Below are positions 25,560 to 35,425 of a stretch of DNA of 48,799 nt, one piece after another. Under the pieces are notes generated by a model. That model was not told the origin of the DNA, did not search any database, and saw only the letters and a list, made by a program, of their open reading frames with translations. The DNA lies in assembly GCA_016302985.1 (NCBI GenBank), contig JAEDMN010000002.1, positions 1-48,799 on the forward strand, given 5' to 3'. How positions within the stretch are numbered: position 1 is the first letter of the stretch; each line of letters begins with the position of its first letter. Both the position numbers and the translations under genes were made by a program. This DNA comes from Kiritimatiellia bacterium. GTDB taxonomy: Bacteria; Verrucomicrobiota; Kiritimatiellia; RFP12; UBA1067.

Positions 25560-26132
25560 ATGTCGATGGAAATGCTCGTGAAGACGGCCGAATGCCTGCG
25601 GAAGCGCGGGTTCGGCGCCGTGTGCTGCGCGACGGCCGCGGAGGCCGCGGACTACGTGATGAAGGAGGCCGCGTCCGCCGCGACGATCGGCCAGGGCGGC
25701 AGCGTGACGCTGAAGCAGCTGGGCCTGCCGGAGAAGCTCGCGGCCGTCGGCAAGACGCCGGAACGGAAGACGGCGGTTGACCTGTTCCTGCTCAGCGCGA
25801 ACGCGCTCACGGCCGACGGCCGGATCGTCAACATCGACGGCAACGGCAACCGCGTCGGCGCTTCGATCAACGGCCCGAAGAAGGTCGTCTACGTCGTCGG
25901 CCGCAACAAGATCGTGGACGGCGGCATCGACGACGCGATCGCCCGTATCAAGAAGTGCGCCTGCCCGCCGAATTGCCGCCGGCTCGGCAAGCAGACCCCG
26001 TGCGCCGCGACGGGCGTCTGCGCGGACTGCGATTCGCCGGACCGCATCTGCAAGGTGACGGTGGTCTTCGACCGCAAGCCGACGGGCATCGCGTGCGACG
26101 TCGTGCTCATCGACGAGGAACTCGGGTACTAG
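25560..26132 (+). CDS. LUD-domain (lactate-utilization LutC/YkgG-like) protein with a Cys-rich C-terminus
   Basis: GQGGSVTLKQLGL, FLLSANALTADGRIVNIDGNGNRV, GPKKVVYVVGRNKIV, CPPNCRRLGKQTPCAATGVCADCDSPDRIC. Confidence 0.75.
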   Translation: MSMEMLVKTAECLRKRGFGAVCCATAAEAADYVMKEAASAATIGQGGSVTLKQLGLPEKLAAVGKTPERKTAVDLFLLSANALTADGRIVNIDGNGNRVGASINGPKKVVYVVGRNKIVDGGIDDAIARIKKCACPPNCRRLGKQTPCAATGVCADCDSPDRICKVTVVFDRKPTGIACDVVLIDEELGY

Positions 26133-26136
26133 TCCC

Positions 26137-27330
26137 GTGTTCGCCGCAAACATCTGGGTCCTGGTCAAGGCCGGATTCGAGTTCGGGCCGCTGCTCGTGT
26201 GGCCCGTGCTGCTGTTCCTCGCGGTGCGCCCGCTGAAAGTCGCCCGCTGGGCGCAGGCGCTGCTGGGCGCGGTCCTCCTCTTCGCGACCCAGAAGTTCCT
26301 CATCTACCGCTTCGTCGGCGGTGACTCCTTCGTTCCCGACCTGCCCGAGCGGTTTGTCAACCTAACCGGCTGGACCTATTCCTCCAGCATGATCTTCTTC
26401 GGGCTCGTCTGCGTCTGGTCGCTGGCGAAGTTCGCCTGCCGCCCGCTGTCGCGGACGGCGCGGGACGGTGGCGGGGCGTCGGCGGTGGCGCGGGACCGGA
26501 TCGTGATCCCGGGGCTGGCCGTGCTGGCGATGGCCGTCGCGGGCTGGGGCGTATGGACGGGCGTGCGCGTCCCCGACATCCGACGCGTGGAGATTCCGGT
26601 CACGGGGCTTCCCGCGGCGTTCGACGGGTTCCGAATCGTGCAGCTGACGGACCTGCACTGCAGTTCGGCGGCGCGGAAGGAGCGCACGGCCGGCATTGTC
26701 GCGCAGGTCAACGCGCTCGACCCCGACCTCGTCTGCATCACCGGCGACTTCGTGGACGGCTCGCCCGCGCAACGGGCGGAGGACCTGGCGCCGTTGCGCG
26801 ACCTGAAGGCGCGCCATGGCGTCTTCGGCTGCTCCGGCAACCACGAGTACATCTACAGCTACCCGGCCTGGCGCGCCGTCTACGCGGCCTGCGGCGTGAC
26901 CATGCTGGACAACGCGCACCGCGTGATCGAGAAGGACGGCGCACGCCTGGCCCTGGGCGGCGTCGTCGATTTCGCGTCGGCGTGGAAGACGCCCGGCGGC
27001 GAACGCCCCGACGTGCGCAAGGCCTTCGCGGGCGCGCCGGCGGACGCCTGTCGCGTTCTTCTGCAGCACCAGCCCCAGCGTTCCCGCCGCAATGCGGAGC
27101 ACGGGGTGCGGCTGCAGCTGACGGGGCACACGCATGGCGGCGCGATCCGGGGCCTGGACCTGCTGGTCGCGCGCATGGGCAACGAGGGGCTCGTGCGCGG
27201 ACTCTACCGTCTCGGCGACATGGCGCTCTACGTCTCGCCGGGAACGGGACAATGGGCGGGCTTCCCGCTCCGACTCGGCGTCCCCGCGGAAATCACCGAG
27301 ATCGTGCTGAGAAGCCCGTCCGCGCGCTAG
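26137..27330 (+). CDS. Membrane-anchored metallophosphoesterase (YkuE-like)
   Basis: GTG start. Four N-terminal TM helices. Motifs: LTDLHCSS, ITGDFVDG, SGNHEY, GHTHGG. Confidence 0.8.
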   Translation: MFAANIWVLVKAGFEFGPLLVWPVLLFLAVRPLKVARWAQALLGAVLLFATQKFLIYRFVGGDSFVPDLPERFVNLTGWTYSSSMIFFGLVCVWSLAKFACRPLSRTARDGGGASAVARDRIVIPGLAVLAMAVAGWGVWTGVRVPDIRRVEIPVTGLPAAFDGFRIVQLTDLHCSSAARKERTAGIVAQVNALDPDLVCITGDFVDGSPAQRAEDLAPLRDLKARHGVFGCSGNHEYIYSYPAWRAVYAACGVTMLDNAHRVIEKDGARLALGGVVDFASAWKTPGGERPDVRKAFAGAPADACRVLLQHQPQRSRRNAEHGVRLQLTGHTHGGAIRGLDLLVARMGNEGLVRGLYRLGDMALYVSPGTGQWAGFPLRLGVPAEITEIVLRSPSAR

Positions 27331-27344
27331 CTGCGGCGTTCCCC

Positions 27345-29864
27345 CTATTCGGCGTTCGCAGGGCGCGCCTTCGGCTGCTTGAAGACGAGGGCTGCGCCGT
27401 CCTTGTCGAGCGAGGCCTTGATGCGGCCGGGCACGAGCGTTTCGCGCAGCAGCAGGTCCGCCAGCGGGTCCTCGACCCAGTGCTGGACCGCGCGGCGGAG
27501 GGGGCGGGCGCCCATCGCGTCGTCGGAGCCCTTGTCGCAGAGGAAATCCACGGTCTTCCTGTCCAGCTCAAGCGTCATGTCCCGCTCGGAGAGGCGGGCG
27601 CGAAGCTTGGCGAGCTCGAGGTCGAGGATCTTCGCCACTTCGTCGCGACCCAGCTTCTTGAAGACGACCGTCTCGTCGAAGCGGTTGAGCAGTTCCGGCC
27701 GGAACGTGCGCTTGGCCTCCTCCATGAGCTTTTCGCGCAGGGCCTCGTAGGAGGTCTGGACCGTGTCCTGCGAGAAGCCGAAGGACTTGCCCTCGCGGGC
27801 GAAGTCGAAGCCGAGGTTGGCCGTCGCGATGACGATCGTGTTGCGGAAGTCGACCTGGCGGCCCTGGCCGTCGGTGAGGCGTCCGTCCTCCAGGAGCTGG
27901 AGCATCATGTTCATGACTTCGGAGGAGGCCTTCTCGAATTCGTCGAAGAGGACGACGGAGTAGGGTCGGCGGCGGACGCGCTCGGTGAGCTGGCCGCCTT
28001 CGTCGTAGCCCACGTAGCCGGGCGGCGAGCCGACAAGGCGCGAGCTCGTGAAGCCGCTGGAGAACTCGGTCATGTCCAGGGAAATGAGGGCCTTGGGGTC
28101 GCCGTAGATCTTCTCGGCGAGCATCTTGGCGAGCAGGGTCTTTCCGACGCCGGTGGGGCCGAGGAAGAGGAACGAGCCGATCGGGCGCTTGGGGTCGCCG
28201 AGGTTCGCGCGGGAGCGGCGAAGGGCGCGGGCGATGGATTCGATCGCGGCGGTCTGCCCGATGACGGCGCCGTTGAGCTCCTTCTCCATGTTGAGGAGGC
28301 GTCCGGCGGTGGACTCCGTCATGCGCTCGACGGGCACGCCCGAGATGGACGCGACCGTGGCGGCGATTTCGTCCGCCGTGATGTCGATGCGCTTCTCGGC
28401 GTGCTCCTCGCGCCAGGTCTTCAGCTTCGCGTCCAGGTCCTTGCGGGCCTGCAGTTCGGCATCGCGCCACTTCGCGGCCTCCTCGAAGGCGCTGGCCTTG
28501 ACGGCGGCGTCCTTCTTCGCGTGGATCTCCTCGATCCTCGCTTCGTCGGCCTTGAAGTCCGGCGGACGTACCGCGGTCTTCATGCGGACGCGCGCGCCGG
28601 TTTCGTCGATGGCGTCAATCGCCTTGTCCGGCAGCAGGCGGGCGGGGAGGTAGCGGGTGGTCAGGGTGACGGCCGCGCGAATCGCCTCGGGGGAGTACTT
28701 GACGTTGTGGTGCTCCTCGTAGCGGGGGGCGATCCCCTCGAGGATCGCCACGGCGTCCTCCGCGGTGGGCTCGTTGACCAGGATGGACTGGAACCGGCGT
28801 TCGAGGGCCGCGTCCTTCTCGATGGACTTGTGGTATTCCTTCAGCGTGGTCGCGCCGACGACCTGGAGTTCGCCGCGCGCGAGGGCCGGCTTGAGGATGT
28901 TGGCGGCGTCCATTGCGCCCTCGGAACCGCCGGCGCCGACGAGGGTGTGGATCTCGTCGAGGAAGAGGATGACGTTCTTGACGCGCTTCGTCTCCTCGAT
29001 CAGCTGCTTGAGGCGTTCCTCGAACTGGCCGCGGTACTGGGTGCCGGCCACGACGCGCGCCATGTCGAGGGAGATCACGCGGCGGTCGCGCATGCGGTCG
29101 GGCACGTCGCCCAGCGCGATCGCCTGCGCGAGGCCTTCGACGACGGCAGTCTTGCCGACACCGGCTTCGCCGATGAGGACGGCGTTGTTCTTCGTTCGGC
29201 GGCACAGCACCTGGATGATGCGCTGGAGTTCGGACTTGCGCCCGATCACCGGGTCGAGTTCGCCCTTGCGCGCGAGCGCCGTGAGGTCGCGGCCGAACGC
29301 ATTCAGCGCGGGCGTCTTGGTCTTGCCCTTGGCCGGGGCGCCCGCGGGGGCTTCGCTTCCCGCGTCGGCGCCTGTGCCGTCGCCTTCGTCCTGCGGACGG
29401 TCCGCATCGGCAGGTTCGTCGGATTCCGCGGGCGGCGGGGTGCCGGGGGCCGCGGAAGCGAACTTCTCCACGTCGACGCCGCACCCGAAGAGGATCTGAG
29501 CGCCGGCCGAATCGCCTTCGTGGAGGATCGCGAGGACGATGTGCTCGGTGCCGACCTGCTCGCATTTGAGATGCTTCGCCTCGATCTTGGCGAGTTCGAG
29601 GATCTTGCGGGTGCGGGCGGAGAAGGGGATGTCGCCGATGACCTGGATGTCCGCGCCGCGCCCGATCATGTTCTCGATCTGGATGCGGATGTCGTCGGGG
29701 TCCAGACCGAGGCGGCCGAAGCGCCGGCAGGCTTCGCAGTTGGGGATGGCGAGGATGGCGCAGAGGATGTGCTCCGTGCCGACGTAGGTGTGCCCGAAAC
29801 GCTTGGCGGCCGCGATGGCGCCGCCGAGTGCGGACTCCGCGTTGGGTGTATATTCCGTGTTCAT
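27345..29864 (-). CDS. clpC: ATP-dependent Clp protease ATP-binding subunit ClpC
   Basis: Double Clp-N repeat (VGTEHIL / VGTEHIV). Walker A motifs GEAGVGKT and [11 protein letters not shown]-like middle domain ([18 protein letters not shown]). Unusually long acidic/Pro linker after the N-domain. Confidence 0.95.
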   Translation of the reverse strand: MNTEYTPNAESALGGAIAAAKRFGHTYVGTEHILCAILAIPNCEACRRFGRLGLDPDDIRIQIENMIGRGADIQVIGDIPFSARTRKILELAKIEAKHLKCEQVGTEHIVLAILHEGDSAGAQILFGCGVDVEKFASAAPGTPPPAESDEPADADRPQDEGDGTGADAGSEAPAGAPAKGKTKTPALNAFGRDLTALARKGELDPVIGRKSELQRIIQVLCRRTKNNAVLIGEAGVGKTAVVEGLAQAIALGDVPDRMRDRRVISLDMARVVAGTQYRGQFEERLKQLIEETKRVKNVILFLDEIHTLVGAGGSEGAMDAANILKPALARGELQVVGATTLKEYHKSIEKDAALERRFQSILVNEPTAEDAVAILEGIAPRYEEHHNVKYSPEAIRAAVTLTTRYLPARLLPDKAIDAIDETGARVRMKTAVRPPDFKADEARIEEIHAKKDAAVKASAFEEAAKWRDAELQARKDLDAKLKTWREEHAEKRIDITADEIAATVASISGVPVERMTESTAGRLLNMEKELNGAVIGQTAAIESIARALRRSRANLGDPKRPIGSFLFLGPTGVGKTLLAKMLAEKIYGDPKALISLDMTEFSSGFTSSRLVGSPPGYVGYDEGGQLTERVRRRPYSVVLFDEFEKASSEVMNMMLQLLEDGRLTDGQGRQVDFRNTIVIATANLGFDFAREGKSFGFSQDTVQTSYEALREKLMEEAKRTFRPELLNRFDETVVFKKLGRDEVAKILDLELAKLRARLSERDMTLELDRKTVDFLCDKGSDDAMGARPLRRAVQHWVEDPLADLLLRETLVPGRIKASLDKDGAALVFKQPKARPANAE

Positions 29865-29926
29865 GTGTCGATGGTTGGTACGTTTAATAAAGGTTCAAAT
29901 GCGGAAAAGGCAAGAGGGGGGAGGTC

Positions 29927-30781
29927 TCAGCCGAAGAGCTCCTCCGCGCGTGCGTTGAACGAGACGTCGGCGAAACGGACGTTGGCCCAGTCCGCGAGCC
30001 CGGCGTCGCGCGCGTCGCGGCGCCGGTCGTCTTCGGCGGTGCGCGGGGGCGGCAGCTCGGGTGCGTCGATCTGTTCGCGCATGAGCTTGACCGTTTCCGC
30101 GCGCGTGATGCCGGAGAGGAGTCCCATGGTGACGGCCAGGCGGATGGGGGAGAGCAGGTCCAGCAGTTCGCCCGGGGCCAGCAACCGCGCGCTGCGCAGC
30201 ACGGCCAGGGCGCGCGCGACGGAGTCCTCGAGGATGCGCGGCGTATCTTCGACCAGGGACTTGCGGGCGTTGAGCTCCTGCGTCACCAGGTCCTCGAAGA
30301 CACGGCAGGTGCGCTTGACGAGGGCGCGTTCGGCGATGCCCAGGGTGGCGGCGTTGCGGATGCGGAAGAGGTGCGCGGCCTGCCGGATGCCGTCCTCGAC
30401 GATGTTGGCGGACTGGAGGCGTACGGCCTCCAGGGCGGCGAGGACGGGTGGAAGGTCTCCGATGAGGTGCAGGGCCTCCAGGTGGAACTCTCCCTCGATG
30501 CCGAGTCCCGTGCCGCAGTGGAGCGGTTCGGGCGACAGGTAGCCGAAATCGGAATCCCAGGCCAGTGCATGCTTCGCGGCGAGTTCCGCTTCGAGCCGTT
30601 CGACCTCGGCGTAGGCCGCGGGAATGTCCGCGGGGAGCTTCCAGCCGGCTTCCAGCGTCCAGACGTCGGCCTTCGCGAAGGGCTTGTCCGCCGGGTTGCG
30701 CCACAGCCGCACCACGCCGCCGAAGACGGCGTCGCGCGCGAGCAGGTCGGGGTATTCCCCGGGACGGCGGCGGGCGCTCAT
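29927..30781 (-). CDS. mcsB: McsB-like protein (protein-arginine-kinase family), shortened and apparently catalytically degenerate
   Basis: VVRLWRNPADKPF (compare RLARN..PF), GYLSPEPLHCGTGLGIE (compare GYLTSCPTNVGTGLRAS), and a C-terminal helical domain. Only 284 aa. There is no NEEDH-type block. ATGA overlap with the mcsA-like gene. Confidence 0.65.
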   Translation of the reverse strand: MSARRRPGEYPDLLARDAVFGGVVRLWRNPADKPFAKADVWTLEAGWKLPADIPAAYAEVERLEAELAAKHALAWDSDFGYLSPEPLHCGTGLGIEGEFHLEALHLIGDLPPVLAALEAVRLQSANIVEDGIRQAAHLFRIRNAATLGIAERALVKRTCRVFEDLVTQELNARKSLVEDTPRILEDSVARALAVLRSARLLAPGELLDLLSPIRLAVTMGLLSGITRAETVKLMREQIDAPELPPPRTAEDDRRRDARDAGLADWANVRFADVSFNARAEELFG

Positions 30782-31341
30782 GCGTCCTCCTGGCCGTCGC
30801 CGAGCGCGTCCAGCTTGCGCTTCAGTTCCGCGGCGAGCCGGTAGTCCTCGCGCGCGATGGCGTCCTTGAGGTCGCGCGCGAGCACGGCGCGCACGTCGCG
30901 GGCGTCCGGAATCGTTTCGACGGAGGGCGCTGCGCCGAGATGCGCGGGGCCGTATTCGCCGCGGAGGTACTCCTCGCGGATCTCGCGGGCGAAGGCCTTC
31001 CAGCAGGCGGGGCAGCCCAACTTGCCCGAATCCTTGACGGATTCCCAGGTCCGATGGCAGGAGGGGCAGGTCCGCTCCGGCGCGTCCTCGGAATCGACCG
31101 CGCCCTTCATGATGTCGAGCGTGGCCTTGAAGAATTCCTCGACGATCGGCTTCATGTTTCCGGGGGCGTCGCCGACGATGGTGATCTTCGGCGCTGGGCC
31201 GCGCGGGGGCTTCCTGCGGGGCGTCTCGTCACGGGAAGCCTTCGCGCAGGCGGCGCAGACATAGAGCTCCTTCTGCTGTCCGTCGACCGTCAAGGTGACG
31301 GCCGTGACGGCTTCGGCCCGATGGCAGATTTCACACTTCAT
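30778..31341 (-). CDS. mcsA: McsA-like protein (four CxxC zinc-finger motifs + UVR motif)
   Basis: MKCEICH...VCAACA and CPSCH...GCPACW, plus the C-terminal UVR-like motif REDYRLAAELKRKLDAL. Confidence 0.75.
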   Translation of the reverse strand: MKCEICHRAEAVTAVTLTVDGQQKELYVCAACAKASRDETPRRKPPRGPAPKITIVGDAPGNMKPIVEEFFKATLDIMKGAVDSEDAPERTCPSCHRTWESVKDSGKLGCPACWKAFAREIREEYLRGEYGPAHLGAAPSVETIPDARDVRAVLARDLKDAIAREDYRLAAELKRKLDALGDGQEDA

Positions 31342-31342
31342 G

Positions 31343-32494
31343 TCAGTCAACGTAGAGGGTGGGGACCTTCGGACCCGTGCTGCGGAGCTTGACCGGTCCC
31401 TTCGGGGCGGGCTGGACGGCGGCAGGCACCGGCTTCGCGGTCGCCTCCGCCGGTTTCGCGGGGGCAGCCTTGAGGTCGACTTCGCAGACGCCGTCGGGGC
31501 AGGCCGGGTCCGGCGGAATCCGGGACGTGGCCTGGTAGAGCTTGACGCAGCCATAGACGAGCAGCGAGACGACCCCGAGCGCGGCGCAGGCCAGGAGGGC
31601 GATGCGCCACGTGCTGCGCGGAATGCGGCGGACGGACTTCAGCACGCCGTCGGAGACGCTGGAGAGGTTCCTGCGGAAGCGCTCGGCCGCGGACGGCTGG
31701 TTGTCTTCGTAGCCGGACGGGAGGAATTTCGCGGCAGCCAGGGGCTCGGGCTCCCGCGGGGCGGGCTGCGCCACGGGGCCTGAGGCCGGGGCGGGCTGCT
31801 TCAGGGCGTTCTCGAACAGATCCAGCCCCCGCACAACGGACGGAGGGTCCTCGACCGGAGGCGGGATGGGCTGGGGCGCAGACTCCTGGACCGGCGGTTC
31901 GGCTTCGGGCTCCGACATGGGCGGATCCCAGACGGGCGCGGGCTCGGGGAAGGCGGGCGCGGGCTCGGGAACCGGCGCGGGTTCGGGGAAGGCGGGCACG
32001 GGCTCGGGAACCGGCGCGGGTTCGGGGAAGGCGGGCGCGGGCTCGGGAACCGGCGCGGGTTCGGGGAAGGCGGGCGCGGGCTCGGGGAAGGCGGGCGCGG
32101 GTTCGGGAATCGGCGCAGGTTCGGGATAGGCCGGGACGGGTTCCGGCGCGGGCGGATTCCAGAGGGGGGAGGGCTCGGGGGGGGGCGGTGTCGGCGTCGG
32201 AGGCGGTGCGGGCGGTTCCGCCGTCGGGACGGGACGGATCTGCACGGTCGGAGCGCGGCGGCCTTCGTAGATGTCCATGAATTCGCGGAGGAGGGGCTGC
32301 GGGTCCAGGCCGACGCAGGCTGCGTAGGACTTGACGAAGCCGCGGCCGTAGATGGCGGCGGGGATGCGGTGGAAATCCTCTTTTTCCATGCCTTCGATGA
32401 TCTGGACGAGGATATGGGTCTTGGCCGCCACCTGGGATGTGCTGAGTCCCCTGGCTTCGCGTGCGTCGCGGAGAATCTGTCCGAATGTGCTCAT
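31343..32494 (-). CDS. RodZ-like HTH (XRE) membrane protein with a proline-rich repeat linker
   Basis: FGQILRDAREARGLSTSQVAAKTHILVQIIEGME...FVKSYA (RodZ-type N-terminus), a PEPAPAFPEPAPVPE repeat region, and a single TM helix WRIALLACAALGVVSLLVYGCV. Confidence 0.7.
   Translation of the reverse strand: MSTFGQILRDAREARGLSTSQVAAKTHILVQIIEGMEKEDFHRIPAAIYGRGFVKSYAACVGLDPQPLLREFMDIYEGRRAPTVQIRPVPTAEPPAPPPTPTPPPPEPSPLWNPPAPEPVPAYPEPAPIPEPAPAFPEPAPAFPEPAPVPEPAPAFPEPAPVPEPVPAFPEPAPVPEPAPAFPEPAPVWDPPMSEPEAEPPVQESAPQPIPPPVEDPPSVVRGLDLFENALKQPAPASGPVAQPAPREPEPLAAAKFLPSGYEDNQPSAAERFRRNLSSVSDGVLKSVRRIPRSTWRIALLACAALGVVSLLVYGCVKLYQATSRIPPDPACPDGVCEVDLKAAPAKPAEATAKPVPAAVQPAPKGPVKLRSTGPKVPTLYVD
31935..32125 (-). 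repeat. In-frame 39-bp tandem repeat (about 3 good copies plus degenerate flanks) encoding PAPAFPEPAPVPE units
   Basis: GGGCTCGGGAACC recurs at 31961, 32000 and 32039 (period 39), with a variant at 32078. Confidence 0.85.
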
Positions 32495-32539
32495 GGGTCT
32501 GTCCTTTGTCGGTTGGAAGGTGCGTGTGGGAGGGGCGTG

Positions 32540-35392
32540 TCAGGCCTCCTCGCTGGGGAAGGCGAACGGGTCGTCGGAGGCGTCGGGGGCGGTCTCGCCG
32601 GCCCCCCCGTCCAGGGGGGCGGGAGTTCCCTCGGCCGCCTGCTGGACGTCCGCGGATGGGACCTCGGCGCCGTCCATCTGGGCGAGCAGCGCCTCGGGGT
32701 CCTGGATGATCTCGCGGGGGCCTGCGCCGCGCGTTGCGCTGATCACGCCGCGCTCCTCGAGGAGGTCGACGATGCGCGCGGCGTGGTTGTAGCCGATGCC
32801 CATGCGGCGCTGGAAATGGGAGATGGAGGCGCGTTTCGTGTCGCGGATGACCTCGAGGGCGCGGCGGTAGATCGCGTCCTCCTTGCTCTGCGTCATGCCC
32901 GCGGGGGCGGGGATGCCGTTCGCCGTCGGCGCGGCCATCGGTTCGGCCGCCGGCGGGGCGGGTGCCTCCTCGCCCTCGTCCTCGTCCTCGAGCGCGGCGG
33001 CGGGATCCGCCTCCTTGATTTTTTCGAGGCGCCTGGTGAGCTTCTCGTCGAACTGGACGTTCGAGTGCTCGCCGATGAAGTCGACGATGCGATTGATCTC
33101 CTCGTCGGAGATGAAGGAGCCCTGGGCGCGCAGGAGGCGTCCGTCGGCCATCTTGAAGAGCATGTCGCCCTTGCCGATGAGCGTTTCGGAGCCCTGGGCG
33201 TCGAGAATCGTGCGGGAGTCGATGGAGGAGGAGGTCTTGAAGGCGATGCGGCCGGGGATGTTGGACTTGATCGTGCCTGTGATGACCTTCGTGTCGGGGC
33301 GCTGGGTCGCGAGGATGAGGTGGATGCCGACCGCGCGGGCGAGGGCGGTGAGGCGGGCGATGACCGGCTCGACCTCCTTCTGCGCGGCCTGCATGATGTC
33401 CGCCACCTCGTCGATCACGATGACGATGTAGGGGACGGTGCGGGGCATGTCGGGATCCTCTCCGACGACCTCGTCGCCGCCACCGAACATGTCCGGCTGG
33501 GTGACCGTCTTGCGGTTGTTGAAGTCGACGATGTTGCGGCAACCGGCCCGCGCGAACATCTTGAGGCGGTGGTCCATCTCGACCATGGCGGCACGCAGGG
33601 CGAAGACGACCTTCTTGGTGTCGTTGATGATCGGCACGAGCAGGTGGGGCAGCTTGTTGTAGGCCGTGAACTCGACGCGCTTCGGGTCCACCATGATGAA
33701 CTTGAGCTGTTCGGGCGTGCGGCACATCAGCAGGCCGTTGATGATGGAGTTCAGGCAGACGGACTTGCCCTGCCCCGTCGCGCCGGCGACCAGCATGTGG
33801 GGCAGCTTCGCGAGGTCGGCCACGAGGTCGTTGCCGGCGGCGTCCTTGCCCAGCAGCAGGGGGACCTGGAACTTGCCGGGGGCGTTCCTCCGCCAGAGCT
33901 CGCCGTCGATGATTTCGCGGAAGTGGACGGACATCGGCTGCGCGTTCGGAATCTCGATGCCGACGGCATTCTTGCCGGGAATCGGCGCCTCGATGCGGAT
34001 CGAGGTCGCACGGAGCTCCATCTGCAGGTCGCGGGAGAGGTTGGCGACGGCCCCGACGCGCGTGCCGCGTTCGAGTGTGAGCGCGTACTGCGTCACCACC
34101 GGGCCGGCGACGGTATACGCGAGCTGGGCGTTGATGCCGAAGACGCGGAGCGTGTCCACGAGGTTGGCCGCCATCGTGGCGGGATCCTCGCCCGAACCCG
34201 CGCCACGCGGCGGGACCTCGTTGAGCAGCGTGACGGGAGGCAGCATGTAGGGTCCCTTGTCCTCGGCTTCGGGCTCGTCCGGCAGGGCGGGGGCGGGTGC
34301 CGCCTGCGCGGCGGTGGCCAGGGGCTGTTGAACCGGTGTCTGCGCGACGGTGCGGACTGGCCGGACGACCGGGGCGGGCGTCGGGCGCGGGACGGGCGTC
34401 GGGTCCGAGGGACGGTCCTGGATGATGGGCGCGGCAGGGGGGGGCGCGGCGGGGGCCGGCTCCTCGCGGGGGGGGAGCCAGTCCGTGGACGTTTCGTCCT
34501 GCCTGGACACGGCCAGGTCGGCCTGCTGTTCCTCGCGCTGGCGCAGGCGTTCCGCCTCGCGCAGGCGCTTTTCCTCCTCTTTCCTGAGACGCTGTTCCTC
34601 GCGCTGGCGCCGCAGTTCCTCCTTGGCGGCCTCGCGCGCGGCCTCCTTCGCGGCCCGGGCGGCCGCCTTCTCTTCGGCGATGCGCTGCTTTTCGGCCAGC
34701 TTGAGGGCGCGGGCCTCCTCTCGCGCATGGGCGGCGGCTTCGATCGCGGCGGCCCGGTCCGGGGCATCGAGGTCGTCGTCCTCCGCGTCTTCCTCCCCGC
34801 CGCGGTCCGCCGCCCAGGCGGTGAGCCGGGCGAGGCCCGAGACGATGTTGTGGAAGCCGATGGCCCAAAGCACCGAGAAGATCATGAGGGTGGCCATCAG
34901 CACGCCGGAGCCGAAGGGGGAGAGCAGCCGGGCGAGTCCGCGCGTCATGACGAGATAGCCGACGGCACCGCCTGCGTTCGGAGCGATGTTGAGTGTGTGC
35001 AGCAAGCCCGCGACGGAGGCGACGTGCCCCGTCAGTTGCAGGAGGCAGGTCGACGAGAAGACGAAAAGCAGCACGCCGAGCGCGCGGCGGCCGGGATGGA
35101 TCGATCGGCCCATGACGAGGGCGATGCCGACGAAGAAGCAGATCACGGGGACGGACCAGATGGCGAGCCCGATCGTCTGGTAGCCAATGTACGCGAACCA
35201 GTTGCCCGCGGCGCCGATGAAGTTGGCGGTGGTGTTCGGCGGGATGCGGAGTTCGGGGATGTCGCGCCAGTCGTAGGACAGGAGGGCGAGGGCGGGGAAG
35301 AGGGCGACCGGGAACATGAAGAACCCGATCAGGCGGCGGCGAAGTGAGGATTCGTTTCCTTTGGCGGGAGCGTTGTCTGCGGCGGACTGCAT
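32540..35392 (-). CDS. ftsK: DNA translocase FtsK
   Basis: Four N-terminal TM helices, a charged/Pro-rich linker, Walker A GATGQGKS, the VIVIDEVAD Walker B, and a C-terminal gamma-like winged helix (ISHFQRRMGIGYNHAARIVDLLEERGVI). Confidence 0.95.
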   Translation of the reverse strand: MQSAADNAPAKGNESSLRRRLIGFFMFPVALFPALALLSYDWRDIPELRIPPNTTANFIGAAGNWFAYIGYQTIGLAIWSVPVICFFVGIALVMGRSIHPGRRALGVLLFVFSSTCLLQLTGHVASVAGLLHTLNIAPNAGGAVGYLVMTRGLARLLSPFGSGVLMATLMIFSVLWAIGFHNIVSGLARLTAWAADRGGEEDAEDDDLDAPDRAAAIEAAAHAREEARALKLAEKQRIAEEKAAARAAKEAAREAAKEELRRQREEQRLRKEEEKRLREAERLRQREEQQADLAVSRQDETSTDWLPPREEPAPAAPPPAAPIIQDRPSDPTPVPRPTPAPVVRPVRTVAQTPVQQPLATAAQAAPAPALPDEPEAEDKGPYMLPPVTLLNEVPPRGAGSGEDPATMAANLVDTLRVFGINAQLAYTVAGPVVTQYALTLERGTRVGAVANLSRDLQMELRATSIRIEAPIPGKNAVGIEIPNAQPMSVHFREIIDGELWRRNAPGKFQVPLLLGKDAAGNDLVADLAKLPHMLVAGATGQGKSVCLNSIINGLLMCRTPEQLKFIMVDPKRVEFTAYNKLPHLLVPIINDTKKVVFALRAAMVEMDHRLKMFARAGCRNIVDFNNRKTVTQPDMFGGGDEVVGEDPDMPRTVPYIVIVIDEVADIMQAAQKEVEPVIARLTALARAVGIHLILATQRPDTKVITGTIKSNIPGRIAFKTSSSIDSRTILDAQGSETLIGKGDMLFKMADGRLLRAQGSFISDEEINRIVDFIGEHSNVQFDEKLTRRLEKIKEADPAAALEDEDEGEEAPAPPAAEPMAAPTANGIPAPAGMTQSKEDAIYRRALEVIRDTKRASISHFQRRMGIGYNHAARIVDLLEERGVISATRGAGPREIIQDPEALLAQMDGAEVPSADVQQAAEGTPAPLDGGAGETAPDASDDPFAFPSEEA

Positions 35393-35425
35393 CGACAGGG
35401 GGCCTTTCGTGGGGAAGACGGGCGG

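Noticed and set aside
29865-29926. Looked for a CtsR box (tandem GGTCAAA-type heptads) or a CIRCE inverted repeat upstream of clpC, mcsA and ftsH.
   Set aside because: None found by eye. The 62-nt mcsB-clpC spacer has only a weak possible TTGCCT-N18-TATTAA promoter, which I do not consider supported.
26553-30542. 1329-aa plus-strand ORF and 1173-aa minus-strand ORF (31347..34868), in off-frames of the clpC/mcsB and ftsK/rodZ-like regions.
   Set aside because: Same reasoning as above. The alternative frames carry unmistakable ClpC, McsA/B and FtsK motifs, and these ORFs cross gene boundaries.
31935-32125. Regular 39-bp repeats that could be mistaken for a small CRISPR-like array.
   Set aside because: The repeats are contiguous with no unique spacers. 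They are in frame within a long ORF and encode a Pro-rich linker (PAPAFPEPAPVPE).
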